A DNA stretch of 64,000 nucleotides from an uncultured bacterium. Lineage in GTDB: Bacteria; Patescibacteriota; Gracilibacteria; Absconditabacterales; Absconditicoccaceae. The notes under the pieces were generated by a model. That model ran no database searches. It worked only from the letters and a program-made list of their open reading frames with translations, and was not told the DNA's origin. The position numbers were made by a program, and so were the translations under genes. The stretch spans positions 100,688 through 164,687 of the forward strand of contig CAUSVV010000002.1 in NCBI GenBank assembly GCA_963535415.1. Direction: 5' to 3'. This document shows, in pieces, positions 34,451-45,266 of this stretch (positions are counted from its first letter, which is position 1; every line of letters starts with the position of its first letter).

Positions 34451-34487
34451 AAAAAAACCTGATATACTCAGGTTTTTCTTTTTTTAT
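34451..34487. terminator. Bidirectional intrinsic terminator
   Basis: AAAAAAACCTGA-TATAC-TCAGGTTTTTCTTTTTTT. Confidence 0.7.
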
Positions 34488-34495
34488 CATAAAGC

Positions 34496-34951
34496 CTAAT
34501 TTTCAACTTTAAACTTCTCTTTAAATTCCTCAGTCTTTAAGCTAAACGTCTCATCATCAAAATACTCACGATCATCTCTATTTCCAATAGCAGTGACTGC
34601 AACCTTAGGAATCAAATGAAAATGAAGATGATTAACACTTTTTCCCAATTCTCAACCAGTCAATCCATCTCTCAAAAGTAGCGTCAATCAAGGATATGTC
34701 TCATGAAGTTTTGCAGTCCATTTCGTAATCAATGTCATCGCAGCATCTAACTGGGCAGAACTAAGTTCGTTGAGGAAAATCACATGATTTTTGGGAACTA
34801 TCAACAAATGATCCGCTGTATAAGGAGCCCTCGCCAAAACCACATAAAAATGTTCATTTTCATCTACAAAAGGTTCAGATGGGAATCCACAAAAAAAACA
34901 CGGACTTGCAGACTGCTCCTTCAAAAAATCATCATAATTCATGCTTCTCAA
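34496..34951 (-). CDS. HIT-family nucleotide hydrolase/transferase
   Basis: Histidine triad NHLHFHLIP and N-terminal CFFC. Track ORF 34688-34951 extended through TGA. Confidence 0.8.
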
Positions 34952-34988
34952 CGTTCAAAATAAATAAAATGCTGACTATCTCAACATA

Positions 34989-36311
34989 CTAATGCAAAGG
35001 GACTTCTTGCTCTTCTCAGCTCTGCATATTTTTGAGCTTATAAATTCATTTTTCCCTTTCTCCCTCCCCATAAATAACCACAAAAGGAATTCCTTTTTTA
35101 TCTGCATAGGCAAACTGCTTTCAAAGCTTTTCTGCATAAGGGTAAATCTCAAAACATTTCCCCCCAGCTAAAAATCTAGCTCCTACAGCAAGCGAATCAG
35201 CCATTCCTCCCTCAAACTGCAGGATCAAGTAATCCGCAACGGTCTGTTTTCTTGTCTCCTGAACAGAGAAAACCCTACTAAGAATCCTACTAATTCAAAT
35301 ACTACCTCAGACTCCGCAATATTCATTTCTCTTTGGATCAATATAACCAGTTAGATTCTGATATCTTCCACCTCAACAAATTGAGCCGAGCTGCGGTTCA
35401 TTTTCAAAAACCGCCTCAAAAATAGTACCAGTATAATAGTCTAGCCCTCTAATGATCTGCATATCAAATACCCAGTGAAAGACCAATCAAAGACTCTTTT
35501 GAAAATCCTGAATCAAGGTCAAAACTGATCTTAATTCAAAAATTCATACCAAAAAATCCTCATTCTGAGAAAAAAGCAAAAGCTGATCCAAATCCTCAAT
35601 TTTATCAGAAGACAGCTGAATAAATTTCAGAATTTTTTGCTGTTTTTCCGCGTCAAATCAAAAATCCTCCTGCAAACTTGCCAAAAACTTCTCCTGACCA
35701 ATCTTTGCATATTTATCAATTAGATTTCATAGATCTTGAGCTTTATCTCAAGCAATTTCCTGCAAAAAAGCTCTAATAATCTTTTTATTATTGATATGAA
35801 AACATACCGAATCCTGAATATTAACTGCAGCTAAAACCTCAGTCAAAGTCTTACCTAATACAGCAATAATTTCTGCATCATAATAAAAATAATCCTTTTC
35901 TCCCTTCCAGATAGCATCAATATCACACTGAAAGAACTCTCTAAATCTCCCCTTCTGTGCCCTTTCTCATCTCCAAACAGGTTGAATCTGATACCTCTTG
36001 AACGGAAAAGTAAGCTGATGTTCCCAATCTAGCGTATATCTTGCAAATGGCACTGTCAGATCAAAATGCAAACCGTACTCTTTCAAATCTTCAGCTCCTT
36101 GAGCCATTCCATACAGTCAAAAAATCTGTTTCCCTGTTTCTTCTCAGTTTTTTGCGAGTAGAACATCATTTTTTTCCACTGCCGGAGTATGAATATGAGT
36201 ATATCAAAATTGCTGATACTGCGACTGAATAATACCCACAATCTGATCAAAAACCAGCTGCTCTGCTGGAGTATACTCAGGAAATCCACTTGGACGAAGC
36301 TCTGCCATCAT
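34989..36311 (-). CDS. hisS: Histidyl-tRNA synthetase
   Basis: [30 protein letters not shown], and GGGRYQNL. Assembled by hand through about 17 TGA. Start and stop share a frame. Confidence 0.88.
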
Positions 36312-36508
36312 ACCAAAAAATCTAAAAAAACTGACTCTATTTGTACTGAAATCATCCTAAAAAGCAACGGATAAATGCCAAGTCCTCCCCAAAAACAAAG
36401 CCAAAAAATCATCAAATATTTTTTTGACAAAAGAATGTTGTCAGATTTTTACTTGATTTTCAAAAAGAAAAGAATACAAAAAAATAACTTTTATCAAACA
36501 AATATATC

Positions 36509-37504
36509 ATGCTACCAGAACTCATCGCCTACAGTAGCCAACCAGAACTCAAGCTCTCAGACTTCAAAAAAGGCAATTATGATATACAAAACTTAGACCA
36601 AAAACTGATTAACTACTGTCAAGAGCACAATATTTTAGGGATCACGCAAAAAGACGACTGATACCCTGCTCAACTCAGAAATTATAGCGATAGCCCCTAC
36701 CTTTTTTATTACCAAGGAAATCTCGATCTCCTCAAAGAAAAAAAACTCTGAATCGTATGACCAAGACTCCCCTCTTCCTATGCACTAGAAGTGATGGAAC
36801 TTTTCTTCAAATCTGCAGAAAAATACCAAATTGCTACAATTTCTGGCTTTGCTAGAGGAATAGACCAATTAGCACACGAACTCTCCCTCAAACACAAACT
36901 CCCAACAATCGCCGTCCTTGGCTGAGGATTTCAACATTATCATAAATCTAAGGACCGCCTATTTCTAGAAAAAATCCTAGAAAACTGAGGACTAATTATT
37001 TCACAATTCAAAATCTGATTTGAGCCAACAAAACGAAGTTTCCCACAGAGAAATAAACTTTTAGCTCAACTTGCAGATATCCTCTTTCTCCCCGAGGCAA
37101 AAGAAAAATCTTGAAGTCTTATTACAACAGATTTCGCGCACCAATATCACAAAAAAGTCTACTCTGTTCCTGCCCAACTTTTCAGTTCCTCTAGTGCTGG
37201 TATTTTCCAAAAAATGACTGAAAATAAAATCGAACTTATATCAGATTTTGACTATCATCTCTCGCAGCACTTTCAAAAAAAATCTGATTTTTCTCCCTAT
37301 TGTATTCCAGCAGCTACTATCTCAGAACTCACTCCATCTCAACTCAAAATTTACAATCATCTCAATACTACTCCTGCCTCCTTTGAGGAGTTATTGGTAA
37401 GTACACAGCTCGAGTATTCTTCACTCTTGCAAGAAATAACCCTCCTCCTACTCAACAGCACTATTAAAGAAACTAGTCCTGGATACTATTTTTTACAAAA
37501 ATAA
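36509..37504 (+). CDS. dprA: DNA processing protein DprA (Smf)
   Basis: GFARGIDQLAHE..TIAVLGGGF..FPQRNKLLAQLAD..EAKEKSGSLITT. Same frame as track ORF 37214-37504. Confidence 0.85.
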
Positions 37505-37566
37505 AAAAAATCTGATTCACTCAGATTTTTACTTGACATTTTATCAGAAAAACATATATACATAGC

Positions 37567-37641
37567 ACTAAAGTAGTTATTTTTCAAATAATTAAGTGTT
37601 TTTTTATTCCTCTCTGGAAGTTTTTCTTTCCAGAGAGTTTT
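37567..37641 (+). ncRNA. Candidate small RNA between dprA and adk
   Basis: dprA has its own terminator (37503-37530). A new TTGACA(37533)-16-TATATA(37555) follows, and about 75 nt later comes hairpin CTCTCTGGAA/TTCCAGAGAG plus TTTT. The T-run lies on the plus strand only, so this is not the adk terminator. Confidence 0.4.
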
Positions 37642-37642
37642 G

Positions 37643-38287
37643 TTAATTCAAAATTAGTTCCTTAATTTGTGCATAGATAGCTTCTATACTCTGCATTCCA
37701 TCAATCTTTACAAGCAATCAAAGCTTATTCACATAATCCAAAGCCGGGATAGTTTCTTTTTTATACTCAGCGATTCTCGTCTCAACAGCAGTACTATCTG
37801 CATCATCAGCACGAACATAGAGTTCTCATCAACATTTTTGACACTGTTGAATCTCTGGACTTAAGAGTGTTGAGTGAATTTTCCCGCAATTTTTACACAT
37901 TTTACGATGAGAGAGCCTTTTATATACCTCCTCTTCGGGAATTTCAAGCTGAACAACTATCGGCTTTCTGCCTTTTTCTAACAAAGCATCAAGGATTCCC
38001 TTTGTCTGCCCAAGCCTCCTCAGACTTCCATCTCATAAAACAGACTTATTATCCAAGGTCTCCAAAAAAACCTTAAAAAGTCAGACTACAACCTCATCTT
38101 TTACCAAACGCCCTCCATTCACAAGATCTCTTAAATACTGACCAATAGCATTTTCATTGCTCATCAGTGCCCTTAGAATATTCCCCGTCTCAAAGTACTG
38201 AACCTGTGCTCCAAATTCCTCAAGCAAAAGCTGAGCTTGTGTTCCCTTTCCACTTCACTGAATTCCTGCCAAAATAAGATCTCTCAT
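37643..38287 (-). CDS. adk: Adenylate kinase (zinc-lid type)
   Basis: P-loop GIQGSGKGTQ (the Gly before SGKGT is encoded by TGA 38255-38257) and lid CKNCGKIH..CQKC. Confidence 0.9.
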
Positions 38288-38361
38288 AGTGCAATATGAA
38301 TATAAAAATTCTAGCGACTCATACTAAAGATCAGTCAAAAAAATGCAAGCCAGATTTTTAA

Positions 38362-38817
38362 TTAAGCTATCTTAGTAGCTCATGCTGGAAGAGTATTCTT
38401 TGATTCAATTGATTTATCTGAAGCTTCAGGTGTTGGCTCCTTACTTTGAGTATTAAACATCTTTCATTGAGCAGATGGATCATAATTTATATATCAATTT
38501 TTTTGAAGAACATTAGCAATAGTTGGAGTATCCAAAATTTTATTTTCCAAATTAATTGAGAGATTTCATTTAAGAGTTTCTACTTCTTTTTTGAGACTCA
38601 CAAACTGCTCTCTCAAATCCATAATTTCCTGAGAAATAGTTCCTCCCAAAGTTTTCGGACCATCTATAACATTTGAAACAAAGGTATTAGCATCCTTATA
38701 CTCTTTCCAATGGAAGAGCCTAGCAAGAGTGTTAAGTGCTTTTTCATCCTTCTTATCAATCTTGTCTTTATAGTCATACACATCTACTTTCATACCTAGA
38801 TTTTCTGCTCCACTCAT
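38362..38817 (-). CDS. Hypothetical protein E (151 aa)
   Basis: Track ORF 38566-38817 extended through three TGA to TAA 38362. I checked every in-frame triplet. Confidence 0.6.
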
Positions 38818-38844
38818 CTTCTTTTTATATCAGCAAATAAAATA

Positions 38845-39366
38845 TTAATGATCATAATGCATCTTAAAAGTTTTATTTTCTTGGATCAATTGGTAGGTAA
38901 ATTCAATATTATTGATTGCAAGCTTATAATGATTATCTCACTCTGGGAGTTCATAAATATTCGCCTCTCCATCAGACTGCACATTGAGAACAAGCAGAAT
39001 CGTTCTCCTCTGCCCATCATACCAGAAATTCACTGGGATAATACAGTCTCCATTAGGAGTTAAAGTCGGGATCACGTCTACACCGAGCCCCTCAAAACCA
39101 AAATCCTTATCATCTCTCTTCCCACTTTCAAAAGACAAAAAATCTGGATTTTGAATATCTTTTTTTGTCCTTTCCAAAAGAGCCTTTATTTGTGACGGAC
39201 TGAGTTTTTTTTCATTTTTTGTCAACTTAGATTCAAAATCCAAAAGCCCCTCTAATCCGCTTCCAGACTTAGAATTTTGGATCAGATCCAAGATCCCTTG
39301 ATCTAAGTTCATATTTGAAGGCTGAGTTCCTCCAAGGATTGTCTGCTTTTCTTCACTCATCTGCAT
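38845..39366 (-). CDS. Hypothetical protein F (173 aa)
   Basis: Track ORF 38938-39366 extended through one TGA to TAA 38845. Confidence 0.6.
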
Positions 39367-39387
39367 TTTCTTGTTAGGAACTAAAAA

Positions 39388-39666
39388 TTACAATGTTTCA
39401 AACATTGCTTCTAAATCAACCTGATCAGATTCATTTTGAGCTCTTTCCTGAAGTTTCAAAGCCTCAGAATTCAAAAGCCTCTCCTTAAATTGAAGTTTCT
39501 CGTATTGAGAATAGGTCGAATGGACATTTTCCCTAAAAATCTGATACAATTTCTCAAAAGTATCAGGCTCTAGCTGATTATTTTCAATAAGTGGCTTAAG
39601 TCCCCATCCCATCTTCCAATCAGGAAGAAAAGCAATCACTTGAAGCATAAATTCCTTTTTTGTCAT
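39388..39666 (-). CDS. Hypothetical protein G (92 aa)
   Basis: ATG 39666 lies 35 nt downstream of the consensus promoter. The longer track ORF (to 39762) would overlap that promoter. Confidence 0.55.
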   Translation of the reverse strand: MTKKEFMLQVIAFLPDWKMGWGLKPLIENNQLEPDTFEKLYQIFRENVHSTYSQYEKLQFKERLLNSEALKLQERAQNESDQVDLEAMFETL

Positions 39667-39700
39667 ACGATACCAAGAAGTAAAATAAAGGTTTTTACTA

Positions 39701-39728
39701 AGTATACTCAGTTTTTTTAATTTGTCAA
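39701..39728 (-). promoter_or_regulatory. Sigma70-type promoter, TTGACA-16-TATACT
   Basis: Consensus boxes upstream of the G-F-E operon. Confidence 0.65.
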
Positions 39729-39887
39729 AAAACAAAAAAGAATTTATTCGCCTACTTAGCAAATAAAAATTTTCACATTATCGAGAATATCCACCAAGCA
39801 ATAAAAATCCAATATTACGATTTCCCTTGTAAATATGCATAAATTCACTATAGTTTTTCTGAAAATTTATTCCTCATTTTCAAAAAA

Positions 39888-41210
39888 ATGAAAGCGCTCC
39901 TAAAAAAACTCATCGCTTATGACAAACTCTACCCACTTTTACAAAATTCAGCCTTTTACCACTTCTTCAAAAGAACTCAGGCATCAGTGGCTCGTAGCCT
40001 CTACGGAAATCCAGCTGAGGGATTTTTTCTTATCGGTGTAACCTGAACAAACGGAAAAACAACCACGGTGAATCTCATTCACCAAATTCTCAATGATAAT
40101 CTTGCTCCTGCTGTCGCAGTAAGCACTGCAAATATAAAAATCTGAAATAAAAATCTCAATAACCTCAAAAAAATGACCTCTCTAGATGCTTTTGACCTTC
40201 AAGCGCTTCTCTCTACTGCAAAAAATAATGGCTGCAAAATAGCAATCCTAGAAGCCAGTTCTCAAGGTCTCGATCAACACAGATTTGAAGGTGTGGATTT
40301 TGATGTAGCGGTACTGACAAATATTACCCATGATCATCTTGACTATCATGGAACTATGGAAAACTACGCTGAGAGCAAAAAAAAACTTTTCAAATGAGTG
40401 CTCAACAATAAAAAACAAAATAAATTCTGAATTTTCCCAAGCGATGACAGTTATGGAAGAAAATGGTTTGAAGAAATGCCTTTTGATAAAAAGATTAATT
40501 ATGCCCTCCAAGCATCTGCTATCCTCAAGGCCACTCAGATCATCGAATACATAGATCATACCGAATTCACTTTTTCATACCTAGGAAAACTTTATCGTAG
40601 CTCTACAAAACTGCTCTGAACCTACAATATCAGCAACATCCTTGCTGCAATATCAGTTGGTATTCAGATCTGACTAAGCATGGATAGTATCCTCGCTTCA
40701 GTAGAAAGATTTGAAGGTATTGAATGAAGAATGCAGAACTTTACGATCAATGGGGTTCAGTATTTTGTTGATTTTGCACACACACCTGATGGACTGGAAA
40801 AAACACTTACCTTTCTTCATAACCAAAAAGGAGACTGAAAGCTGATTACTGTTTTTGGTGCCCCAGGGAATAGAGACAAAGCAAAAAGACCTATCATGTG
40901 AGAAATCGCAGGGCAATATTCGGATATCCTTATTGCAACTGATGATGATCCAAGTAGCGAAAATAGACTTGAGATCCTCGATCAGCTCACAAGTCAAATC
41001 CAGACAAAACTCTTTTCACAAGGGAAAGAACTCTTTATCATTCCAGAAAGACTCTATGCTATTAAACTCGCTAGAGATCTCGCAAAACCATGAGATATCG
41101 TCTTGATCGCAGGGAAAGGACATGAAAAAGTCCAACTCACAAATTTTGGGAAAAGAGAACGAAGCGACCAAGTCGTAGTCAAATCCTTTGCACAAAATAC
41201 AAACCAATAA
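39888..41210 (+). CDS. murE: UDP-N-acetylmuramoyl-tripeptide synthetase MurE
   Basis: GVTGTNGKTTT, ILEASSQGL, TNITHDHLDYHG, DFAHTPD, and GKGHE. Same frame as track ORF 40173-40397. Confidence 0.9.
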
Positions 41211-41241
41211 AAAAATCTGACTTTTTATCTTTTTTACAAAG

Positions 41242-41802
41242 ATGCCAATTCCTTTGCTATATTTGGTTGTCATTCTGATAGCAATTATTCTCTTAGGACT
41301 TCTATCAGCAGAAAAACTGATCAAAATCACGTTTGCGAGCTATGTTATGCTTGCAATTTCGCTTGCACTAGGGACAATGCTGATCACGTATTCCTGAACA
41401 CTTAATACCAATCCAGAACTAACATTTTTAGGAATCCGCTACGGAGCATACGCAAATTTCCTCACCAATGCACAACCAACAATCATTCTCGTACTTTCTG
41501 GTCTTTTATTATGGTTCTTTGCTCAAAACTCACATTTGCAAATCTCATTCTCAATGATTAGTTGAAAATTGCAAGCTTTAGTTTGGCTACCACTCTGCAT
41601 TGGAAGTCTGATTTCTTATCTTTTTTTCACCCTAAGCTATTTTAAAGGAGGAATTTATGAATGGCTATTTATGAACCCAGAAATTCTCGCTTATACACAG
41701 TATTTGCCACTTTTTTGTTGTGTCGTTGGACTGCTAGTGATCATCTGTTCTTCTCATATCAATATCAAACTTACTATCTCAAAAGACGAACCAACACTCT
41801 AA
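41242..41802 (+). CDS. Membrane protein (about 5 TM), unknown function
   Basis: Hydrophobic throughout. Track ORF 41569-41802 extended upstream through two TGA. Confidence 0.6.
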
Positions 41803-41827
41803 TTTTTAAAGAGTCCAAAACTGAATA

Positions 41828-42532
41828 ATGTCGCTGATTGATCTGATTTTCCCGCGTGAATGCCTTGGTTGCGGTAAACAGGGATCCTATCTCTGTTTTG
41901 AGTGCAAAAAGAAACTCACTCCCCACCCAGAACTATGTCCTTTCTGCCATAGTCCTCAAAAAGATTTCAAGACTTGCCACCTCTGCAAATCCAACTGAGA
42001 AACTGCTCTTGAATGAGTACTTATCTGTTTCTCCTATCAAACACTCATCAAAAAACTAATTCTTAAGCTCAAATTTTATCATAAAAAAGATATTTGACTT
42101 TTCTTGGCTCAGAGGCTCAGCCTTTTGACTCAAACACACCAAACGCTCAGTGAAGCATTAAACCAGGGAAATCTCATTATCTCATTTATCCCTTCACATC
42201 GATGGAGACACTACTTTGAGAAAGGATATAATCAATCTGAACTTTTAGCAAAGCATCTCGCTAAAGAGCTTAATATCCCAGTTTTGCAACTTGCAAAAAA
42301 GGGCAAACACACTGCATCTCAACTCAAGCTTTCTAGATCACAAAGACAAAAAAATCTGAATTCAGCCTTCTCTCCACTACACCTTGAAAAAATACCAAAA
42401 GACTTCCATATACTCCTAGTAGATGACGTCACGACTACAGCATCCACACTCAAAGAGGTTGCAACTTGTATTAAATCAAATAGACCTGATCTCAAGATTC
42501 GATGAGGAGTTCTTGCAAGGCATACCTGATAA
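41828..42532 (+). CDS. comFC: ComF family protein (ComFC, phosphoribosyltransferase-like)
   Basis: N-terminal zinc finger CLGCG..CFEC..CPFC..CHLC and C-terminal PRT motif ILLVDDVTTTASTL. Same frame as track ORF 42104-42505. Confidence 0.8.
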
Positions 42533-42577
42533 TTTTATTCAACGCATGTAATTTTTATAATTTTTCCAAAGATAAGC

Positions 42578-42826
42578 ATGGTATTCACAAAGGAAGAAAG
42601 AGAAGAGCTCCTTGCTATCAAGTGAGTCGGGAACACTTTCATAGATCGCTTAGAAGAAATAGGCTTCTGATCAGTAGAAAAACTTAAAAATACCTCTATA
42701 GAACAAATAATTACCCGCTGAGCGAAAATAACATGAAGCTCTTGCTATAAGAATAGTCCGCAGGCAAAAAATGCCGCACAAAATGCAATCCTCCGGGCAA
42801 AACAGAAGAGTAAAAAATAATAGTTA
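42578..42826 (+). CDS. Small helix-hairpin-helix protein (82 aa)
   Basis: LLAIKGVGNTFIDRLEEIGFGSVEKL looks like an HhH motif. Three in-frame TGA. Confidence 0.45.
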
Positions 42827-42888
42827 AACAAGGGATCTCTAGATATCCTTGCATTTTCAGACTGATTGACTAATATTTTACTCTGCAA

Positions 42889-42959
42889 AAGAGCATAGTG
42901 CAGTGGTAGCACGCCAATCTCCGAAGTTGGAGGTGTAGGTTCGATTCCTACTGCTCTTG
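42889..42959 (+). tRNA. trnR: tRNA-Arg (anticodon CCG)
   Basis: Acceptor AAGAGCA/TGCTCTT, anticodon loop CTCCGAA, T-arm GTAGG-TTCGATT-CCTAC. Confidence 0.8.
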
Positions 42960-43168
42960 AATATTTTGGAAGAAATAAAAAACTGACCACAAAAGTCAGA
43001 TTTTTTGTTTTCTCTCTCACTATAACTATCTAAAAAAATCAACTTCATATAAGAGGAGTCTGTTTTTAACAATAAGATTTTAAGCCTACCAGAATAATTC
43101 TCATTTCCAATTGAAACCAAAAGCCCTTTCCTTATTATCATAAAAAACTTTAACCAAGCGAAACTATA

Positions 43169-44122
43169 ATGGATATCTCTACAATCCTCGCTGAGGCAAA
43201 AACCACAATCAGCGATTTCAAAGATCAAAATCCTGACGGAACAGTCATTATCTGGTGAGCAACTGCAACAGGGAAAACCAAGCTTTCGGTTTTATTATCA
43301 GATTTTTTTGATATTGAGGTGATTTCAAGCGACAGTAGACAAATCTTCAGAAAAATGGACATCTGAACTGATAAAATCAGCAAAGAAATTAGGGAAAAAC
43401 TACCCCATCATCAGATAGATATTGTAGATCCAGATGAAACCTATACTGCATGAGAACGAAAAGAAACAACAGATCAGCTTGTCAATCAAATCTTAACAAA
43501 AGGGAAAATCCCTTTTATCGTAGGAGGAACCTGACTCTATATCGACACAATTTATAAAAATTTCTCTATGCCTGAGTGTGCTCCTGACTATACTCTCAGA
43601 GCAGACTTAGAAAAAAAAGAAGCTGAAAAACCTGGTTTTCTCCACGAACAACTTAAAGCCATTGATCCAGAAGAAGCTCAGAAACTGCATCCAAATTCTA
43701 CCAGATACCTCATTAGAGCTCTAGAAATCTTTTATCTCACAGGAAAAACAAAAACGGAGGGCTATATTCAGCAACCCGTTTCACATCCGCTACTTATGCT
43801 AGGACTCCGAAGAGACAAAGAATCCACAAACCAACTCATCAATCAAAGAATCAAACAAATGTTCAAAGATGGACTCATTGATGAAGTAGAAGGCTTACTC
43901 AAAGAAGGCTATAGTCCAAACCTTCAATCTATGCAAGGGATCTGATACAAAGAAGTTGTAAACTACCTCAACTGAGACTACGGACGTGAAAAGATGGAGG
44001 AACTCCTAAAAAGGAACACGCATCATCTGGCGAAAAAACAAAGGACTTGGTTTAGAAGATATATTGCTGAGGGGATTCAAACACCAAAAGCTTGAGTTGA
44101 ATACAAAGTTCGGGAATTATAA
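43169..44122 (+). CDS. miaA: tRNA dimethylallyltransferase MiaA
   Basis: P-loop GATATGKT (first Gly encoded by TGA), SSDSRQIFRKMDIGT, and HHQID. Same frame as track ORF 43568-43945. Confidence 0.9.
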
Positions 44123-44155
44123 AAAAGAGAAATCAGATTTCTCTTTTCTTTTTTT
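44123..44155. terminator. Bidirectional terminator shared by miaA and the A-D operon
   Basis: AAAAAAGAGAAATC-AGA-TTTCTCTTTTCTTTTTTT. Confidence 0.7.
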
Positions 44156-44168
44156 ATATAAAATAAAT

Positions 44169-45242
44169 TTAAGCCACCAGTTCCTTCTTTGTATCTGGAG
44201 AAACTCTACCAGCTGATGCAATAAGCTGCTGCCTATCACCAGAAGCCTGATGCCTAGCCAACTGCAGATAATACGGTGGACGCCCAAAATGACGATATCC
44301 AGTAATCTCTCTCACTCTATATCAAACTCAGCTCTTACTTGTCTTTTGTCCATTGAGATCTAAAACTCACTTATCAGTTGAAGAGCCGATTGTTTTCACA
44401 TACCATTTCCCATTCTCCTGATACGGCTGTCCAACGACCATTTCAATATGATAGATTGGATTATGTCTCTTCTTAACTGGCTGTTCATCCCAATACATAA
44501 AATCTCAAACTCTGACTTCTTCTTTTGGAATATTAACATCACTAGCTTCAAAAGCCGCTGCCGTAAAACGAGAATCAAACTTAATCCCTTGCTCCTGAAA
44601 AGCCCAATTCCAAAGTCCTGAACAATCAAATCCACTTGGACCTGTAGCTCACCATTGATATGGCTTTCCAATTTGCCCCTCCGCAGACTTGATTGTCGCC
44701 TCAATGTATGGAATCTGCTCACTCGGTCGATTTTTAATCTCATGATGAGAATCTAGAGATTGCACCTTATGTTCCTGTGGAGAAACTCCCCCAGTAGTGG
44801 AAGAAGCTGAAGAATTCTGATTTCTTTCATTTTTCTGATCTTGAGAAGTATTTTCCTCAGTCTCTCAAGCAGAATCTTGACTTCATTCAGATTTTTCATC
44901 TATTTTACTCAAAACCTCGGCTCTGAGCTGATCAAGTTGTTCCTTAGTATCAACCTTTTTTAGTTTTTCCCTAATCTCTGAAAGCAATCCATGTAAAGAA
45001 CTTAGCTCAAGCGCCTTTCCCATCATATTATCCTTGATCGCATCAAAAAATCACTCAGAAACCAGATAATCAACTACCATATCATCTGCGATACCAAGGA
45101 TAGAAAGCGGATCTTTCTCCTTCATCTTTTCAACAACAGTTTTTGCTAAGTCAGTTTTGAGTTCAACAAGTTCTTCCTGAGTAGAACTAGCCTCTCAGCT
45201 CACAGCATCAATAAACTGTCCTAAATGATCTAATGTTCACAT
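44169..45242 (-). CDS. NlpC/P60 cell-wall endopeptidase with a helical N-terminal domain and no signal peptide (protein D)
   Basis: GKPYQWGATGPSGFDCSGLWNWAFQEQGI (catalytic Cys) and downstream HIEMVVG (His). Track ORF 44396-44743 is the wrong frame. ATG-TGA start at 45242, TAA at 44169. Confidence 0.85.
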
Positions 45243-45266
45243 TCTTTGTAATATAAGCATATAAAA

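Noticed and set aside
42745-43228. Minus-strand ORFs 42745-43020 and 42878-43228
   Set aside because: They overlap tRNA-Arg(CCG) and the miaA promoter and start, and their products look like random sequence.
44396-44743. Track ORF MRLKIDRVSRF... (115 aa)
   Set aside because: It is out of frame by one nucleotide relative to the NlpC/P60 reading frame, which gives GKPYQWGATGPSGFDCSG over the same bases.
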